Shown one piece after another: positions 1 to 10,774 of a DNA stretch of 64,000 nt. Source of the DNA: Candidatus Poriferihabitans sp. (GTDB lineage: Bacteria; Pseudomonadota; Gammaproteobacteria; Arenicellales; Poriferihabitantaceae); NCBI GenBank assembly GCA_965220975.1, contig OZ244855.1:2384967-2448966 (forward strand), written 5' to 3'. Made by a program: the position numbers and the translations under genes. The notes beneath the pieces were generated by a model. The model did not search any database, was not told the origin of the DNA, and saw only the letters and a program-made list of their open reading frames with translations. How positions within the stretch are numbered: the stretch's first letter is position 1; the number at the start of each line of letters is the position of its first letter.

Positions 1-554
1 TCAAGTGTTTCAAGAGGAAGATGTGCATATTGAATGGTCGAAAGCCGTTGTTCGGAGTCCAGTTGAAACCGAATGGTTTTACCCGGTTTGATTCGATGCA
101 GTATTTCTGCACCGCGTGTATTGGCAACATTCAAGGCTTGTTGGTAGGACAGACCATTTCGAAGAGAAATCTTGACGAATGTATCCCCTTTACGAACCTG
201 GTCCTCTATCCATTGCTGGGTTCCCTGAATATCGGATACCAGACCAATATCGCGCTGGGGTTCTTCATATCGCTGAGACGGGAATTCTGAACCGGTTTGT
301 GAATCCGGCACAAACCCGACCGAATCATCAGGAAATGTTGCAGTCAACTGAAGATGGGCTATGGATGATGGATCTGAAAACGAGCCTTTTTGGGACAACA
401 ACGTCCCCGATGAGCTATCCAATGAAGTGGTTGGTTCCGTTGAGAAAACGGTCGGTATGATCAGGACTGTCGTAAGAACTGACATAAACACCCCTGCGAG
501 TGCGGCAATCAGCACACCATGTACCATTAAGAAGATCCTTTTTGAAATCAGCAC
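1..554 (-). CDS. N-terminal part of an OapA-domain / M23-family peptidase-like protein (partial, runs off the left edge)
   Basis: This is my own minus-strand translation; it is absent from the ORF track because it leaves the window. The frame is open from GTG at 554 (or ATG at 527). It starts MLISKRIFLMVHGVLIAALAGVFMSVLTTVLIIP, a membrane anchor. It continues ...WIEDQVRKGDTFVKISLRNGLSYQQALNVANTRGAEILHRIKPGKTIRFQLDSEQRL, which resembles OapA domains that precede M23 peptidase domains. It is divergent from tyrS. Confidence 0.45.
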   Translation of the reverse strand, partial: MLISKRIFLMVHGVLIAALAGVFMSVLTTVLIIPTVFSTEPTTSLDSSSGTLLSQKGSFSDPSSIAHLQLTATFPDDSVGFVPDSQTGSEFPSQRYEEPQRDIGLVSDIQGTQQWIEDQVRKGDTFVKISLRNGLSYQQALNVANTRGAEILHRIKPGKTIRFQLDSEQRLSTIQYAHLPLETL

Positions 555-1163
555 ATTCAAAGTCCAACAATCAGTTGAGTAAAGGGGTTCAGAACCAGTA
601 AGGCCCAAGCATGCGCATGGGGCCAGCGGCAAGTGCAACAAACTATTTATTGTATGAGATTGGCGCAGTATTTTACAATTATTCTAGGCAAAGATCGGTA
701 TATTTACAACGCAAATTCCAATATAAATCACAACACAGCCCCTGTCTGTCCGTGGAGGTGTACCTTTTCTGGACAGGCAGAGGGTTAAATTTGAGTCTAG
801 AAATGCTCGCTTGATTCCGAAAGAGTGACAATTCCGACTTTCGGGGACATAAGCGGCAAGATCCGGAGCTAATTTGGCTCTGGCTATTGCAGAAGCAGGA
901 TTTTTTGTTGGGCAGGAAATATCCGCATTCTGTCATTTTCATTGGTCCTTTAGCATTTCTCATTTCATACCGATTTAGTGGTACTGATTTTTCTCCAGAT
1001 GTCTGTTTCTCCTGGATCTCGAGTCGAAACACATACAGAAGTTATTCAATGAGAAACCTAGCGAAGACATCCAGACTTTTCTATGAATTTACGATCGGGT
1101 GTTACACTACACTTTCCCAGACCTGTACCTGAAGCATGCGAAAAGAAAGGCTTCTCAAAACTG

Positions 1164-2399
1164 ATGACGAACAAGCAGAAAGCATACACCCCTAGTGAAA
1201 AAATCACCGAACTGAAGCGTGGTTCAGAAGAAATCCTGTTGGAATCAGAACTACTCGAAAAGCTAACATCAGGGCAACCACTTCGGGTTAAGACCGGGTT
1301 TGATCCGACTGCGCCAGATTTGCATCTTGGACATACTGTACTAATCAATAAAATGCGACAGTTTCAGGAATTCGGCCATACCGTGATTTTCCTGATTGGA
1401 GATTTCACAGGTATGATTGGTGATCCTAGCGGGCGAAACGCGACCCGCCCCCCGCTTTCACGTGAGGATATTGAGAAAAATGCTAAAACGTACAAAGAGC
1501 AGATTTTCAAGATTCTTGATCCTGAACTAACCGAAATTCGTTTCAATTCAGAATGGATGACCCCTCTTGGTACTGAGGGCATGATTCGATTGGCTTCCCG
1601 AATTACCTTGGCAAGGATCGCTGAAAGAGATGACTTCAAGAAACGGCTAGCAGATAACCAGCCCATTGCAATCCATGAACTTCTGTATCCATTGGCTCAG
1701 GGCTACGACTCAGTCGCCCTAAAATCGGATATCGAGCTTGGTGGAACCGACCAAAAGTTCAATTTGCTCATGGGCCGGGAACTCCAGAAACAATACGGCA
1801 TGTCACCTCAGACAGTACTGACCGTACCTCTGCTTGAAGGGTTAGACGGCATCAATAAAATGTCAAAATCCTTGGACAACTATATCGCATTGGAAGATCC
1901 ACCAAATGAGATGTTTGGCAAGATCATGTCAATCTCGGATGAATTGATGTGGAGATACTACGAATTACTGAGTTTTCAGTCGGTATCCGAGATTGAGCAG
2001 ATTCAGCAAGACGTTCAAAATGGTGCGAACCCGAAAGATGCAAAGGTTGCCTTGGCAAGTGAGATCACAGCACGATTTCATGGAGTAACTGAAGCAAAAC
2101 GGGCTTGTGTTGGCTTTGCCAGTCAATTTACGAAGGGTGTTGCTCCTAAAGAGATGCCGCATGTACAGATTCCATCTGATGACCAAGGTATCTTAATGTC
2201 CGTAATATTGCGGGATGCTGGTCTCGTTGACTCGTCCTCAGACGGCATACGAATGATTCGCCAAGGTGCGGTAAAAGCAGACGGTGAGCGTATTTCAGAC
2301 ATAAAATATGTCATGAGGCCAGGAACCTCCAGTACCATTCAGGTGGGTAAACGAAGATGGGCACATGTTGAAGTTCAACATCGAGATTTATCCATTTGA
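1164..2399 (+). CDS. tyrS: tyrosyl-tRNA synthetase (type 2, with C-terminal S4-like domain)
   Basis: The class I synthetase signatures HLGH (DLHLGHTV) and KMSKS are present, and the C-terminus reads [28 protein letters not shown] prefer the ATG at 1164 ([14 protein letters not shown]) over the upstream track start at 1083. Confidence 0.95.
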   Translation: MTNKQKAYTPSEKITELKRGSEEILLESELLEKLTSGQPLRVKTGFDPTAPDLHLGHTVLINKMRQFQEFGHTVIFLIGDFTGMIGDPSGRNATRPPLSREDIEKNAKTYKEQIFKILDPELTEIRFNSEWMTPLGTEGMIRLASRITLARIAERDDFKKRLADNQPIAIHELLYPLAQGYDSVALKSDIELGGTDQKFNLLMGRELQKQYGMSPQTVLTVPLLEGLDGINKMSKSLDNYIALEDPPNEMFGKIMSISDELMWRYYELLSFQSVSEIEQIQQDVQNGANPKDAKVALASEITARFHGVTEAKRACVGFASQFTKGVAPKEMPHVQIPSDDQGILMSVILRDAGLVDSSSDGIRMIRQGAVKADGERISDIKYVMRPGTSSTIQVGKRRWAHVEVQHRDLSI

Positions 2400-2673
2400 T
2401 ACTGAAAGGCATAACGATCGGTTGCGATTTCAATTAGAAGAAGTTGCTGCCCTTGCGGGTGATGGTTGCTGTTATTTGAATCTATGAAAAATTGACCGTG
2501 AAATCCAGCTCTTGTCAAAGGTGACCTGTCGATTTGCAGCTGTTACAAGGATAAATTCAAGGCCCTTGTTTTTGGACTATTCGCAAACCGATGTGGAAGT
2601 TCCGAATGCCAAAGAGATAGAAAAAATCCTCAATCCAACGATGAAGTGCCTAAACCAAACCAACCTAGAGAGC

Positions 2674-4073
2674 GAGTTATGGTCGAAAGTAGTGCGCGGG
2701 GCGGAAAGGGGTTCATCCAGCGGCTACCGTTTTCTGGTCTGATTGTACCTCAATTCCATCCTTGAACTGCACTCCCTCGATGACCTGTCCGAGCCTGCGG
2801 AACCCGCGCAGCCTTCGCCAGCGGGATTCCGCGCACTGTCCGAGCTTGAACATCATGTCGAGCATGGTGTCGCGGCTCAGGCAGCCCCGTGTCGTCCGGG
2901 TCCGGTGGCGGATCGTGGCAAAGGTCGACTCGATCGGGTTGGTGGTGCGAATGCTCTGCCAGTGCTCGGCCGGGAAGTCGAAGAAGTTCATCAGCTCCTT
3001 GCGATCCTCGATCAGCTTCACTGCGGCCTTGGGATACTTGTCCTGGTAGCGGGCCAGGAAACGGTCGAAGGCCCGGTCGGCATGGTTCCGGGTCTCCGCC
3101 ATCCAGATCTGCTGCAGTGCCGACTTCACCTTGGGATGGATGGCCTTCGGCATGGCGGCCAGCACGTTGGCGGTCTTGTGCACCCAGCAACGCTGGTGTC
3201 GGGCCTCCGGATAGACCCGGTCGAGTGCCGACCAGAACCCCATGGCACCGTCCCCGATCGCCAGTTTCGGAGCGTTCATGCCCCGGCTCTTCAGGTCCAG
3301 CAGCACGTCCTGCCAGCTCAGGGTGGACTCGCGCACCCCGTCCTCGATGGCCAGAATCGACTTCCGGCCCTGGTCGTCCACGCCGATCACCACCAGGCAG
3401 CAGAGCTTCGTCTCCTCGTTGCGGAGACCGCTGTACACCCCGTCCGCCCAGACGTACACCCACCGGTCCTGGCTCAGGTCACGCTGCGTCCACTCCTTCC
3501 TCTCGTCCAGCCAGACCCGCTTGAGACGCTTGACCACTGACGGCGAGAACCCCTTCGCCTGCTTCCCCAGCAGCCCGGACAGCACGCCGGCCATCTCGCC
3601 GGTGCTGACCCCCTTCAGGTACAGCCAGGGCACCCAGGCCTCCAGCGTGCGACTCTTGCGCACATACGGCGGAACCACCGACGAGCGGAAGGTCACCGGC
3701 TTGCCGTCGTTGGAACGAACCTTCGGAATCCGCACCGGGACCGAGCCGATCCCGGTCTGGATCGAGCGCTCCGGATGATGGCCACTGCGCACCACCAGCC
3801 GGAGGTTCTGTTCGGTGCGGCGGTCTTCATACTGCTTCAGGAATTCGCCCAGCTCGGCTTCCACTGCCACCTGCAGCAGCCGACGGGCACCCTCGCGCAG
3901 AATCGCGGTCAATTCATCCTTGAACTTGCCGATTTTTGAATAGTCAATAATGTTATCATCTCTCATAGTGGCGTACCTCTTGGTTAACGGTTTTTGAAAT
4001 TTGTTAGTTAATCCGGTTACGCCGCTTTTTTCAACCCCCCTTTCCGCCCACGCACTACTTTCGACCATAACTC
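2674..4073 (-). mobile_element. IS256-family insertion sequence, copy 1 (1400 bp)
   Basis: The terminal inverted repeats are GAGTTATGGTCGAAAGTAGTGCG...CGCACTACTTTCGACCATAACTC. An 8-bp direct repeat TAGAGAGC flanks both ends (2666-2673 and 4074-4081). The element is much more GC-rich than its surroundings and is near-identical to copy 2. Confidence 0.9.
2713..3966 (-). CDS. IS256-family (mutator-type) transposase
   Basis: A 417-aa protein starts at MRDDNIIDYSKIGKF, preceded by the RBS AAGAGG. The motif block LAIGDGAMGFWSALDRVYPEARHQRCWVHKTANVL is typical of the Transposase_mut family. Confidence 0.9.
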   Translation of the reverse strand: MRDDNIIDYSKIGKFKDELTAILREGARRLLQVAVEAELGEFLKQYEDRRTEQNLRLVVRSGHHPERSIQTGIGSVPVRIPKVRSNDGKPVTFRSSVVPPYVRKSRTLEAWVPWLYLKGVSTGEMAGVLSGLLGKQAKGFSPSVVKRLKRVWLDERKEWTQRDLSQDRWVYVWADGVYSGLRNEETKLCCLVVIGVDDQGRKSILAIEDGVRESTLSWQDVLLDLKSRGMNAPKLAIGDGAMGFWSALDRVYPEARHQRCWVHKTANVLAAMPKAIHPKVKSALQQIWMAETRNHADRAFDRFLARYQDKYPKAAVKLIEDRKELMNFFDFPAEHWQSIRTTNPIESTFATIRHRTRTTRGCLSRDTMLDMMFKLGQCAESRWRRLRGFRRLGQVIEGVQFKDGIEVQSDQKTVAAG

Positions 4074-4596
4074 TAGAGAGCACGCGAACAAGTAACATCA
4101 TGGCTACCATAACGAACATCATTGAAAGCTGGATCAACATTCATCTCGCGAAGATCGCAAGCTTGCTTTTTCCTGGCGGTTATATCCAAAAATCGAGCAC
4201 CTCTTTTCCCATGCTGAAGCTGTGCTTGATGGGACGCGATGAAATTTTGCAATATCGTCGTTTGATGGCAAGATTTCATCGTCGGGGTGGCTTGACGCGT
4301 ACCGGTTTTTCGCAAACAGTGCTGAAATGCGCTGTCCGAGATCGATTGATTGGTTTGATATCAAAAATCCAGATGGGCCAGTTGAGGTACACCATGAACA
4401 ATTTGCGATTTCGGATCTTCCCAGATTATGATTCTCTGAATCCAGCCCCATGGATTCTGCTCGTCTGTCGCGAGAGAAAAGCGGTCGACTTGCTGGTAAA
4501 TTTTTCCAAGCGGTTGTTGCTCAAGACGAACGTTGATTTCCATTTGGGCACGATTCACCGTGCCGATAATGGGGTATTGACCGAGGGGGTTACGAA

Positions 4597-5388
4597 TTGA
4601 TTCTCCATCCCAATTTCGATCCAGTCGCGCTTTCCATTGGCCCGATTTCTATCCACTGGTATGGACTGATGTATCTTATCGGATTCTCCGCGGGTTGGTG
4701 GATCGGATATCGGAGAGCTTCAAGACCTGAAAACAGGTTTGAACCAAAGGAAGTTGGTGATTTGCTGTTCTATGTCGCTTTGGGCGTGATTGTTGGAGGA
4801 CGGATCGGTTACATGATTTTTTACCAGATTGGGGCTTTGCTGGAACAACCCTGGTCTGTATTCGCAATCTGGGATGGTGGAATGTCGTTCCACGGCGGAT
4901 TGGTGGGAGTCATAGTGGCTTGCTTGTTCTATGGGAAGCACAAGTCCCATCACCCTCTGGCTGTGTTTGATTTTCTGGTACCGCTCATACCGCCCGGCCT
5001 GTTTTTTGGACGCATTGGAAATTTCATTAATCAGGAGCTCTGGGGAAGGGTTACGGATGTACCTTGGGCCGTGCAATTTTATACGGCTGATTTGTTACCT
5101 CGGCATCCATCGCAAATTTATGAAGCACTGCTGGAAGGGGTAGCATTATTTTTGATTTTAATTTGGTTTGCTTCCAGGCCCCGCCCACTCGGCTCGGTTT
5201 CTGCCTTGTTTTTGTTGGGTTATGGTGGTTTCCGGTTTCTGGTGGAATTCTATCGAGAACCGGATCTTCATTTAGGAACAATTGCCTTTGACTGGTTAAC
5301 GATGGGTCAGTTGCTTTGCTTGCCAATGATTTTGCTTGGGCTTCTATTGATGTTGCGAGCTTACCTAAATCCACAAGAATCGAGTTGA
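4597..5388 (+). CDS. lgt: prolipoprotein diacylglyceryl transferase
   Basis: The TTG start has a GAGGGGG RBS 7 nt upstream. The N-terminus FDPVALSIGPISIHWYGLMYLIGF, multiple TM segments and GRIGNFINQELWGR match the Lgt signature. Confidence 0.9.
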   Translation: MILHPNFDPVALSIGPISIHWYGLMYLIGFSAGWWIGYRRASRPENRFEPKEVGDLLFYVALGVIVGGRIGYMIFYQIGALLEQPWSVFAIWDGGMSFHGGLVGVIVACLFYGKHKSHHPLAVFDFLVPLIPPGLFFGRIGNFINQELWGRVTDVPWAVQFYTADLLPRHPSQIYEALLEGVALFLILIWFASRPRPLGSVSALFLLGYGGFRFLVEFYREPDLHLGTIAFDWLTMGQLLCLPMILLGLLLMLRAYLNPQESS

Positions 5389-5434
5389 TACATGCCCTGG
5401 TTTGGTCAAGGAATGTTAGACTGCATACGACGAG

Positions 5435-6988
5435 TCATCCAGTTTGGATGCTCGAAGTTTGTTCTGTGGAAACTAGATTGGCCACCAGTTTACGCGTAAG
5501 AGACAGTTGCTCTTCACCAAGTTCGGTGTATTTTGCATGGCTCGCATTGCGAAATACTTCGACCGCGGAACTGATTTCGGCGACAGCACGATCGGCATCT
5601 TTCCGATTACTGCTCATTTCGGCCAGGTGACGCCGCGCCACTCCAAGATTTGCCATTGACATGGCCCAAACCATCGGTTTGGATTCCTGTGTCCAGACAG
5701 TCAGGGTATTTTGATAGGCTTCGACCGCTCTTTGCATCGTTTCAGTACTATGCTCGCGTTCAGCAAGTTTTTGCAAAGTGGTGCCAAGATTATTCTGGGT
5801 GACAGCCCATTGTTCAGATAATTGTTCTTGGGAGCGAATAGTAAGTGCGCTATTGTAGGCGGCGATTGCCTGCTCCAATGTTCGAGGTCCACGACGATAC
5901 TCTCCAAGCGAACTTAAAGCAGTACCGAGATTAAACATGGTCGTTGCCCAGTCCAAGGGGGTGTTTGCCTTTGTCCAGGCTCGAAGTACATCCTTGTAGG
6001 CATCGACAGCTCGTTTGAGGATTTTGGGATCCTTGTTTTTCCGACCCAGAGAAAGGAGTATTGCAGCCATGTTATTCAGCGTTGAAGCCCATTCATCGGG
6101 AGTTTTCTGTTCGGTTCTGAATTGAAGTGCCTGAGCAAATGAATCAATTGCTTGATCGCAGAGATCATTGTCAGATTGGCGTTGTCCAAGGGCGCCCAAA
6201 GCATTGCCGAGACCATTTTGAACGGATGCCCAGATCGCTCCTTGTGTCTCTCGATCACAAAACTCCAAGGCATCGCGATAAGCTTGGACGGATTCCTCCA
6301 GATATCGGGTTCCTGAACGGCGTTGACCGACAACCCCAAGAATCGTACCCAAAGAATACAGCGTTTTGGCCTGTTGGTCTTGAATCTCATTTTCCTGAGC
6401 AAGCACAAGGATTTCTGTTCTCAGAAGGTCGATTGCCTTTTGCAACGCTGAGTCCTCATTGAACTCTCGGCCATAATCTCCCAGAAAGGACGCTTCAAGA
6501 TGCAGCAGATTCCATTTTTGCAGTATAGCAATACCGTGTATTTCAGAGCCCAGACGACAGAATTCTGTGGCGGAGAGGTAATTTTGCATGGCAACTGCGA
6601 CCAATGCTTGAGATTCTCGAAGCCTTGAAGAGCTTGACGGTTCCACAAGTTCGGTAGAATTTTGCAAATGTTCAAGTTCTGAGGCAATTTGCTTGAGTGA
6701 AAATTCCTGGCTGGAATGAGGCAGGTTCTTGAGATTTATGAGAGCTTGTTTAATGTTTGAGTCTCTGGGGATACTTCGACTGAGATCTCCTAGCATTCGT
6801 TCGAGGGAATCAAGATGCTTGCAGGATACCTTCAGCAGGTTCGGAATTTGTGATGTTTCAACACCGGTCATGGTGATGTATCTCAGTAATTCTTTGATTA
6901 CCGCATTTGGATATGCGAGTTGCGGGAGGAGTGTATCGAGATTTTGCATCTGCAAACGAAGAGGGGGTTCACCCCATCGGTCAACCAA
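5435..6988 (-). CDS. tetratricopeptide-repeat protein
   Basis: The 517-aa protein contains many tandem units of the form W(A/V)xTxNNLG(N/T)AL..LG...........A..A(Y/F)..AL, as in the TPR_10/12 type. Confidence 0.7.
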   Translation of the reverse strand: MVDRWGEPPLRLQMQNLDTLLPQLAYPNAVIKELLRYITMTGVETSQIPNLLKVSCKHLDSLERMLGDLSRSIPRDSNIKQALINLKNLPHSSQEFSLKQIASELEHLQNSTELVEPSSSSRLRESQALVAVAMQNYLSATEFCRLGSEIHGIAILQKWNLLHLEASFLGDYGREFNEDSALQKAIDLLRTEILVLAQENEIQDQQAKTLYSLGTILGVVGQRRSGTRYLEESVQAYRDALEFCDRETQGAIWASVQNGLGNALGALGQRQSDNDLCDQAIDSFAQALQFRTEQKTPDEWASTLNNMAAILLSLGRKNKDPKILKRAVDAYKDVLRAWTKANTPLDWATTMFNLGTALSSLGEYRRGPRTLEQAIAAYNSALTIRSQEQLSEQWAVTQNNLGTTLQKLAEREHSTETMQRAVEAYQNTLTVWTQESKPMVWAMSMANLGVARRHLAEMSSNRKDADRAVAEISSAVEVFRNASHAKYTELGEEQLSLTRKLVANLVSTEQTSSIQTG

Positions 6989-7152
6989 TCAAAGAAATAT
7001 CGCTATCTTTTGAACTCAATTAGTCAAATCGAAGGTCAAATGGTAATATGCAAAATCCGATCACGGCTTATTCATTACTTTCCTTAAGCCAACGATTCGG
7101 TAATCAGTCCAGAAGAAATCCATCTCCTGGTCATCCTGACCGAGAGATCGAT

Positions 7153-8985
7153 TTAATCAACGATATGGTAGACGGGTGCCTTCTCCATAGTCCACTCCCC
7201 GGATTCGGGGTCCCGATGTGACAAGGTTAAGACATGCCAGTTATCGTCGTCGAGTTTCATATGGTCGCCACGATAGTAATAGCCTGGCCAGCGGGTTTCT
7301 TCTCGAAACAGTGTATGTCGTACCACCGATTCAGAGGCTATTGCACGATGTCTCAGCTCCCAGGCTCGTTGCAGTTGATGCAGGTCTTCGGCACCGATGT
7401 GGTCTAAATCCTCATGGAGGGTACGAAGCAATTGTAAACCGCGAGTGAGCAAAGGCTCATTGGTCATGTAATTATTACTGATTCCCCCAGCATATTCATC
7501 CATAATCTTTTCGAGGCGTTGAAGACCGTGGAGCGGCAATATATAACTCGGGGATACAGTTCCTCCAACAATTTCGTTTCTGCCGATTTGATAATTCTCA
7601 AGAGGTTTGTAGACTTCAGTTTTCAGTTTCTCGTATTGGCTTTCGGAAACTTTAACGGGATCTTCACTGTAATCCCTTACAAACCGAACAGCAGCCTTGG
7701 CGGCCAATCGCCCTTCGGTAAATGAACCAGATGAGAATGCGTGAGCAGTACCGCCCAATGCGTCTCCTGCTCCGAACAATCCATCCACAGTCATCATTCG
7801 GTTATAGCCCCAGTAGTATTCATCGGGAGAGACGTCTTCCGGCCCACTTGCCCAGGCCCCCGAACAGGTCGCATGTGAGCCCATCACATAGGGTTCAGAA
7901 GTAGTCAATTCCGGATTGATATATTTTGGATCGATGTCCTGAGAGGCCCAGACCACAGCTTGACCGACGGTCATGCCAAGAAAGTTTTCCCAACCGATAA
8001 CTTCCTTGTGTGGATCCTGAAATGCTTCTTTCGTGACCATATGAATTGGCCCTCGACCTGCCTTCATTTCTTCAATAAAGGCATGGTTTCTGAGACAGGT
8101 TGGGGTTGGGTGGTGATCGATATATTCACCCACCAGATTCTTGGTATGATCATACCACTTGGATTCATACTCTTCACCATATGCGTTTTGGGTATAGGTC
8201 TTCAGATGTAGAAAATAAGCGCCTACTGGACCATATCCGTCCTTGAAACGGCACAGCACAATGCGGTTTTCCATCTGGGTCATTTTTGCGCCGACCAGAA
8301 TGGGCAAGGCATATGCTGAAGCAGAACTCCAAGGTGCATACCAGGTCCTGCCCATGCCTTCACCTACAGAGCGTGGCTTGAAGATGTGTGATGCGCCACC
8401 GGCGCCAACGATTACTGCTTTGGCGCGAAAGACATGAAAATCTCCCGTGCGCACATTAAAGCCCACTGCGCCGCCAATTCGATTGGGTTGGCTTTCATCC
8501 ATGAGAAGGTGAGTAACCATGATTCGGTTATAAATTTTGTCGGCAGATTTTCGAGCCGCTTCTGCAACGATTGGCTTATAACTCTCACCGTGAATCATGA
8601 TTTGCCATTTCCCTTCACGTTGGTAGCGGCCAGTTTCGGGATCTCGCATTAATGGCAAGCCCCATTCCTCGAACTTATGTACTGTCGAGTCAACGTGTCG
8701 AGCCATGTCATATGCCAGATCTTCTCGTACCATACCCATCAGGTCGTTGCGTGCATAGCGGACATGATCCTCGGGCTGGTTTTCATCCCACTGCATACCC
8801 ATGTAGCAGTTAATTGCGTAGAGTCCTTGAGCAACTGCTCCCGAGCGGTCGATATTGGCTTTTTCCGCGACTACAATTTTGAGGTCACGGCCCCAGTAGC
8901 GTGCTTCATAGGCAGCGCCAGTGCCACCCATGCCTCCGCCGACTACGAGGATGTCACAATCTTCGAATACTGTTTTCATTCCCAT
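7153..8985 (-). CDS. aprA: adenylylsulfate (APS) reductase alpha subunit
   Basis: The FAD-binding N-terminus reads DILVVGGGMGGTGAAYEARYW, and overall AprA-like sequence continues to the C-terminus. The start overlaps the aprB stop by 1 nt (TAATG). Confidence 0.92.
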   Translation of the reverse strand: MGMKTVFEDCDILVVGGGMGGTGAAYEARYWGRDLKIVVAEKANIDRSGAVAQGLYAINCYMGMQWDENQPEDHVRYARNDLMGMVREDLAYDMARHVDSTVHKFEEWGLPLMRDPETGRYQREGKWQIMIHGESYKPIVAEAARKSADKIYNRIMVTHLLMDESQPNRIGGAVGFNVRTGDFHVFRAKAVIVGAGGASHIFKPRSVGEGMGRTWYAPWSSASAYALPILVGAKMTQMENRIVLCRFKDGYGPVGAYFLHLKTYTQNAYGEEYESKWYDHTKNLVGEYIDHHPTPTCLRNHAFIEEMKAGRGPIHMVTKEAFQDPHKEVIGWENFLGMTVGQAVVWASQDIDPKYINPELTTSEPYVMGSHATCSGAWASGPEDVSPDEYYWGYNRMMTVDGLFGAGDALGGTAHAFSSGSFTEGRLAAKAAVRFVRDYSEDPVKVSESQYEKLKTEVYKPLENYQIGRNEIVGGTVSPSYILPLHGLQRLEKIMDEYAGGISNNYMTNEPLLTRGLQLLRTLHEDLDHIGAEDLHQLQRAWELRHRAIASESVVRHTLFREETRWPGYYYRGDHMKLDDDNWHVLTLSHRDPESGEWTMEKAPVYHIVD

Positions 8986-9455
8986 TAGTAGTAGACCCCC
9001 TGTTTGAATTTCGACTTATCGATGGTTGGCAGCCCGGTCTCTATATTAAGGGCATCTGGCTCATGACAGAGTAACTGGGATTCGAGTGCATCATTATCCG
9101 GCACTGCGTAATCGGCCAGCCTGGGAATTTTTTCACCCCAGGGTTGCGTGGTAATTGGTGAGACGAAGTTTTTTTCGCGACCATCGCGGAACTTGATGCG
9201 CCAAGAAATTGTGCCTTTCTCTTCTTCTCGTCGAACCCGAACGCTATGACCAAGCGGTGCAAAGTCTGCATAGCCACGAGCATCTATCGCATTTTGTGGA
9301 CAGGCTTTGACACAGGAGTAGCATTCCCAGCACATATTGGGTTCAATGTTTACAGCACGTCGATATTTCTTATCAATGTGCATGATGTCCGAAGGGCAGA
9401 TATCAACACAATGGCCGCAACCATCGCAGCGTGTCATGTATACAAATGTTGGCAT
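8985..9455 (-). CDS. aprB: adenylylsulfate reductase beta subunit (2x[4Fe-4S] ferredoxin-like)
   Basis: I place the start at MPTFVYMTRCDGCGHCVDICPSDIMHID (ATG at 9453-9455); the longer track ORF is an N-terminal over-extension. The Cys clusters are CDGCGHCVDICP and CWECYSCVKACP. Confidence 0.9.
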   Translation of the reverse strand: MPTFVYMTRCDGCGHCVDICPSDIMHIDKKYRRAVNIEPNMCWECYSCVKACPQNAIDARGYADFAPLGHSVRVRREEEKGTISWRIKFRDGREKNFVSPITTQPWGEKIPRLADYAVPDNDALESQLLCHEPDALNIETGLPTIDKSKFKQGVYY

Positions 9456-9528
9456 GATAATTCGTAATTTGGAGTTTGAGGTTGGCGATTGATTCGATCG
9501 TTGGATCGTCTCAATCAATAATCGTATT

Positions 9529-10329
9529 TCAGTATTGGCGTGGTAGTTGGCGTTTGATACCGAGTCCAAACTGAGCTGGTTTATCTGCTGGTTCAGGTAG
9601 ATTGTTCATTGTGCCGTTGGCTTCTGATATACGTTTCTCATATGCTGCAGCAGGTTTGAAGAACATGTGGGCAAATTTAGACCAGGGAACTCCACCGAAC
9701 AAGGCTAGAGCAGAAGCGACAAACAATAGAAAGAAAAACCATGACAAAAACTCGCTTCCTGCACCCAATGCAAGCGACCAGACAAGAGCAAATGTTGTAC
9801 AGGCCAAGAGAGAGACCACAAACAGATCCGCAAGCATAAAACGAAATGGAGAATTTCCTTCGGCTGCAACATCAACGCGAATAAAGAACCAGAACCAGTA
9901 GCCACCGACACAGACCATCAGGGCTCCTAAATGCCAGAGTAGGGGAAGAATGCTTGGGGTCAGAGCACCGCCGTCGGTATAACCAAAAATCATTATGGAA
10001 GTAGTAGCTGCAAACAAGATAAAACCGTACATGGTAAGCAGATGTGCAATACGACGACGAGCATTGCAGAATTCACCGGAAGCGAGTACATCATGGGCGG
10101 CGGTTGCCAGGGCAATCTTCGCGGTTTCACTCCCGCTGATCTGCCGATTGCTTGATGATTTTGTTTTTTGCAGGTTCTGGAAAAAGTATTTAGCGCTTTT
10201 TTTGTGAAGGACATCAAAGATGGTGCCTATCACGACCAGAAGAATCATGATGACCAGAAAGGCCTGCATTACTGCTGGCGGCACGATTGAGGAAATCTCA
10301 GCAAACGGATTAGTAGTTAACATGGGCAA
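9529..10329 (-). CDS. aprM: putative APS reductase membrane anchor
   Basis: The 266-aa polytopic membrane protein lies immediately upstream of aprB on the same strand, the aprMBA order known from sulfur-oxidising Gammaproteobacteria. The assignment rests on position and topology only. Confidence 0.55.
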   Translation of the reverse strand: MPMLTTNPFAEISSIVPPAVMQAFLVIMILLVVIGTIFDVLHKKSAKYFFQNLQKTKSSSNRQISGSETAKIALATAAHDVLASGEFCNARRRIAHLLTMYGFILFAATTSIMIFGYTDGGALTPSILPLLWHLGALMVCVGGYWFWFFIRVDVAAEGNSPFRFMLADLFVVSLLACTTFALVWSLALGAGSEFLSWFFFLLFVASALALFGGVPWSKFAHMFFKPAAAYEKRISEANGTMNNLPEPADKPAQFGLGIKRQLPRQY

Positions 10330-10663
10330 AGGTATCAGTTAATCGACTGTAACATTTTATATGCATGATTATGTTAAATTCTGTCGCAAGGTGCAACGGG
10401 ATAGTTTTTTTACTCCATAAAGCGACTTTATCTCTTGCGTGAGTTTACCGAGTTGGGGAAGCCGATACCGTTGCAATGTTCCTGGATCTGCGGATGGGAC
10501 AATTGTAACCTATTGATACAAACGGGATGCTCCCCGTTGCTGGAATGGAACCGGGATCAATGCGGATTTCCAGGGGTATATGACCTCACTAGTGCAATAG
10601 CAGTCGAGTTCCAGCATCCCGTACAGCTATTTCTGGTTCAGAATAATCAATGATGACAGGAGC

Positions 10664-10774
10664 CTAGCTCTTAGCCTTATCAGCATCCCACCTTGCCATA
10701 TCGGCTCTCAGACGATCAAAAGCCGCATTCATACGCTTGATGGATGTCTTGGTTTCGGCATGTTTCATGTTCAT
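10664..10774 (-). CDS. small ORF (36 aa) with an RADMAxW motif
   Basis: This ORF is below the track length cut-off. It has a GGGAGAG RBS followed by ATG and reads MNMKHAETKTSIKRMNAAFDRLRADMARWDADKAKS. It shares the R(L/F)RADMA(R/D)W..D.AK motif with the 80/87-aa proteins at 11324-11566 and 21301-21564. Confidence 0.25.
   Translation of the reverse strand: MNMKHAETKTSIKRMNAAFDRLRADMARWDADKAKS

Noticed and set aside
679-1132. ORFs at 679-1032 (-) and 887-1132 (+) lie in the 610-bp tyrS upstream spacer.
   Set aside because: They have no motifs, poor composition and overlapping frames. The spacer more likely holds the divergent promoters of tyrS and the M23/OapA gene.
2743-3540. Long ORFs antisense to, or out of frame with, the IS256 transposase genes (2743-3540, 2750-3463, 2889-3524, and their mirror images in 22153-23188).
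   Set aside because: Their Pro/Arg/Gly-rich low-complexity translations are typical of spurious open frames in very GC-rich DNA. The transposase frame has clear family motifs.
4001-4600. A 199-aa ORF runs from inside the IS end into the lgt upstream region, and small minus-strand ORFs lie at 4073-4558.
   Set aside because: The long ORF starts inside the IS terminal repeat, so it cannot predate the insertion. None of the ORFs has a recognisable motif or an RBS. The 520-bp stretch may be a decayed gene, but I cannot support a call.
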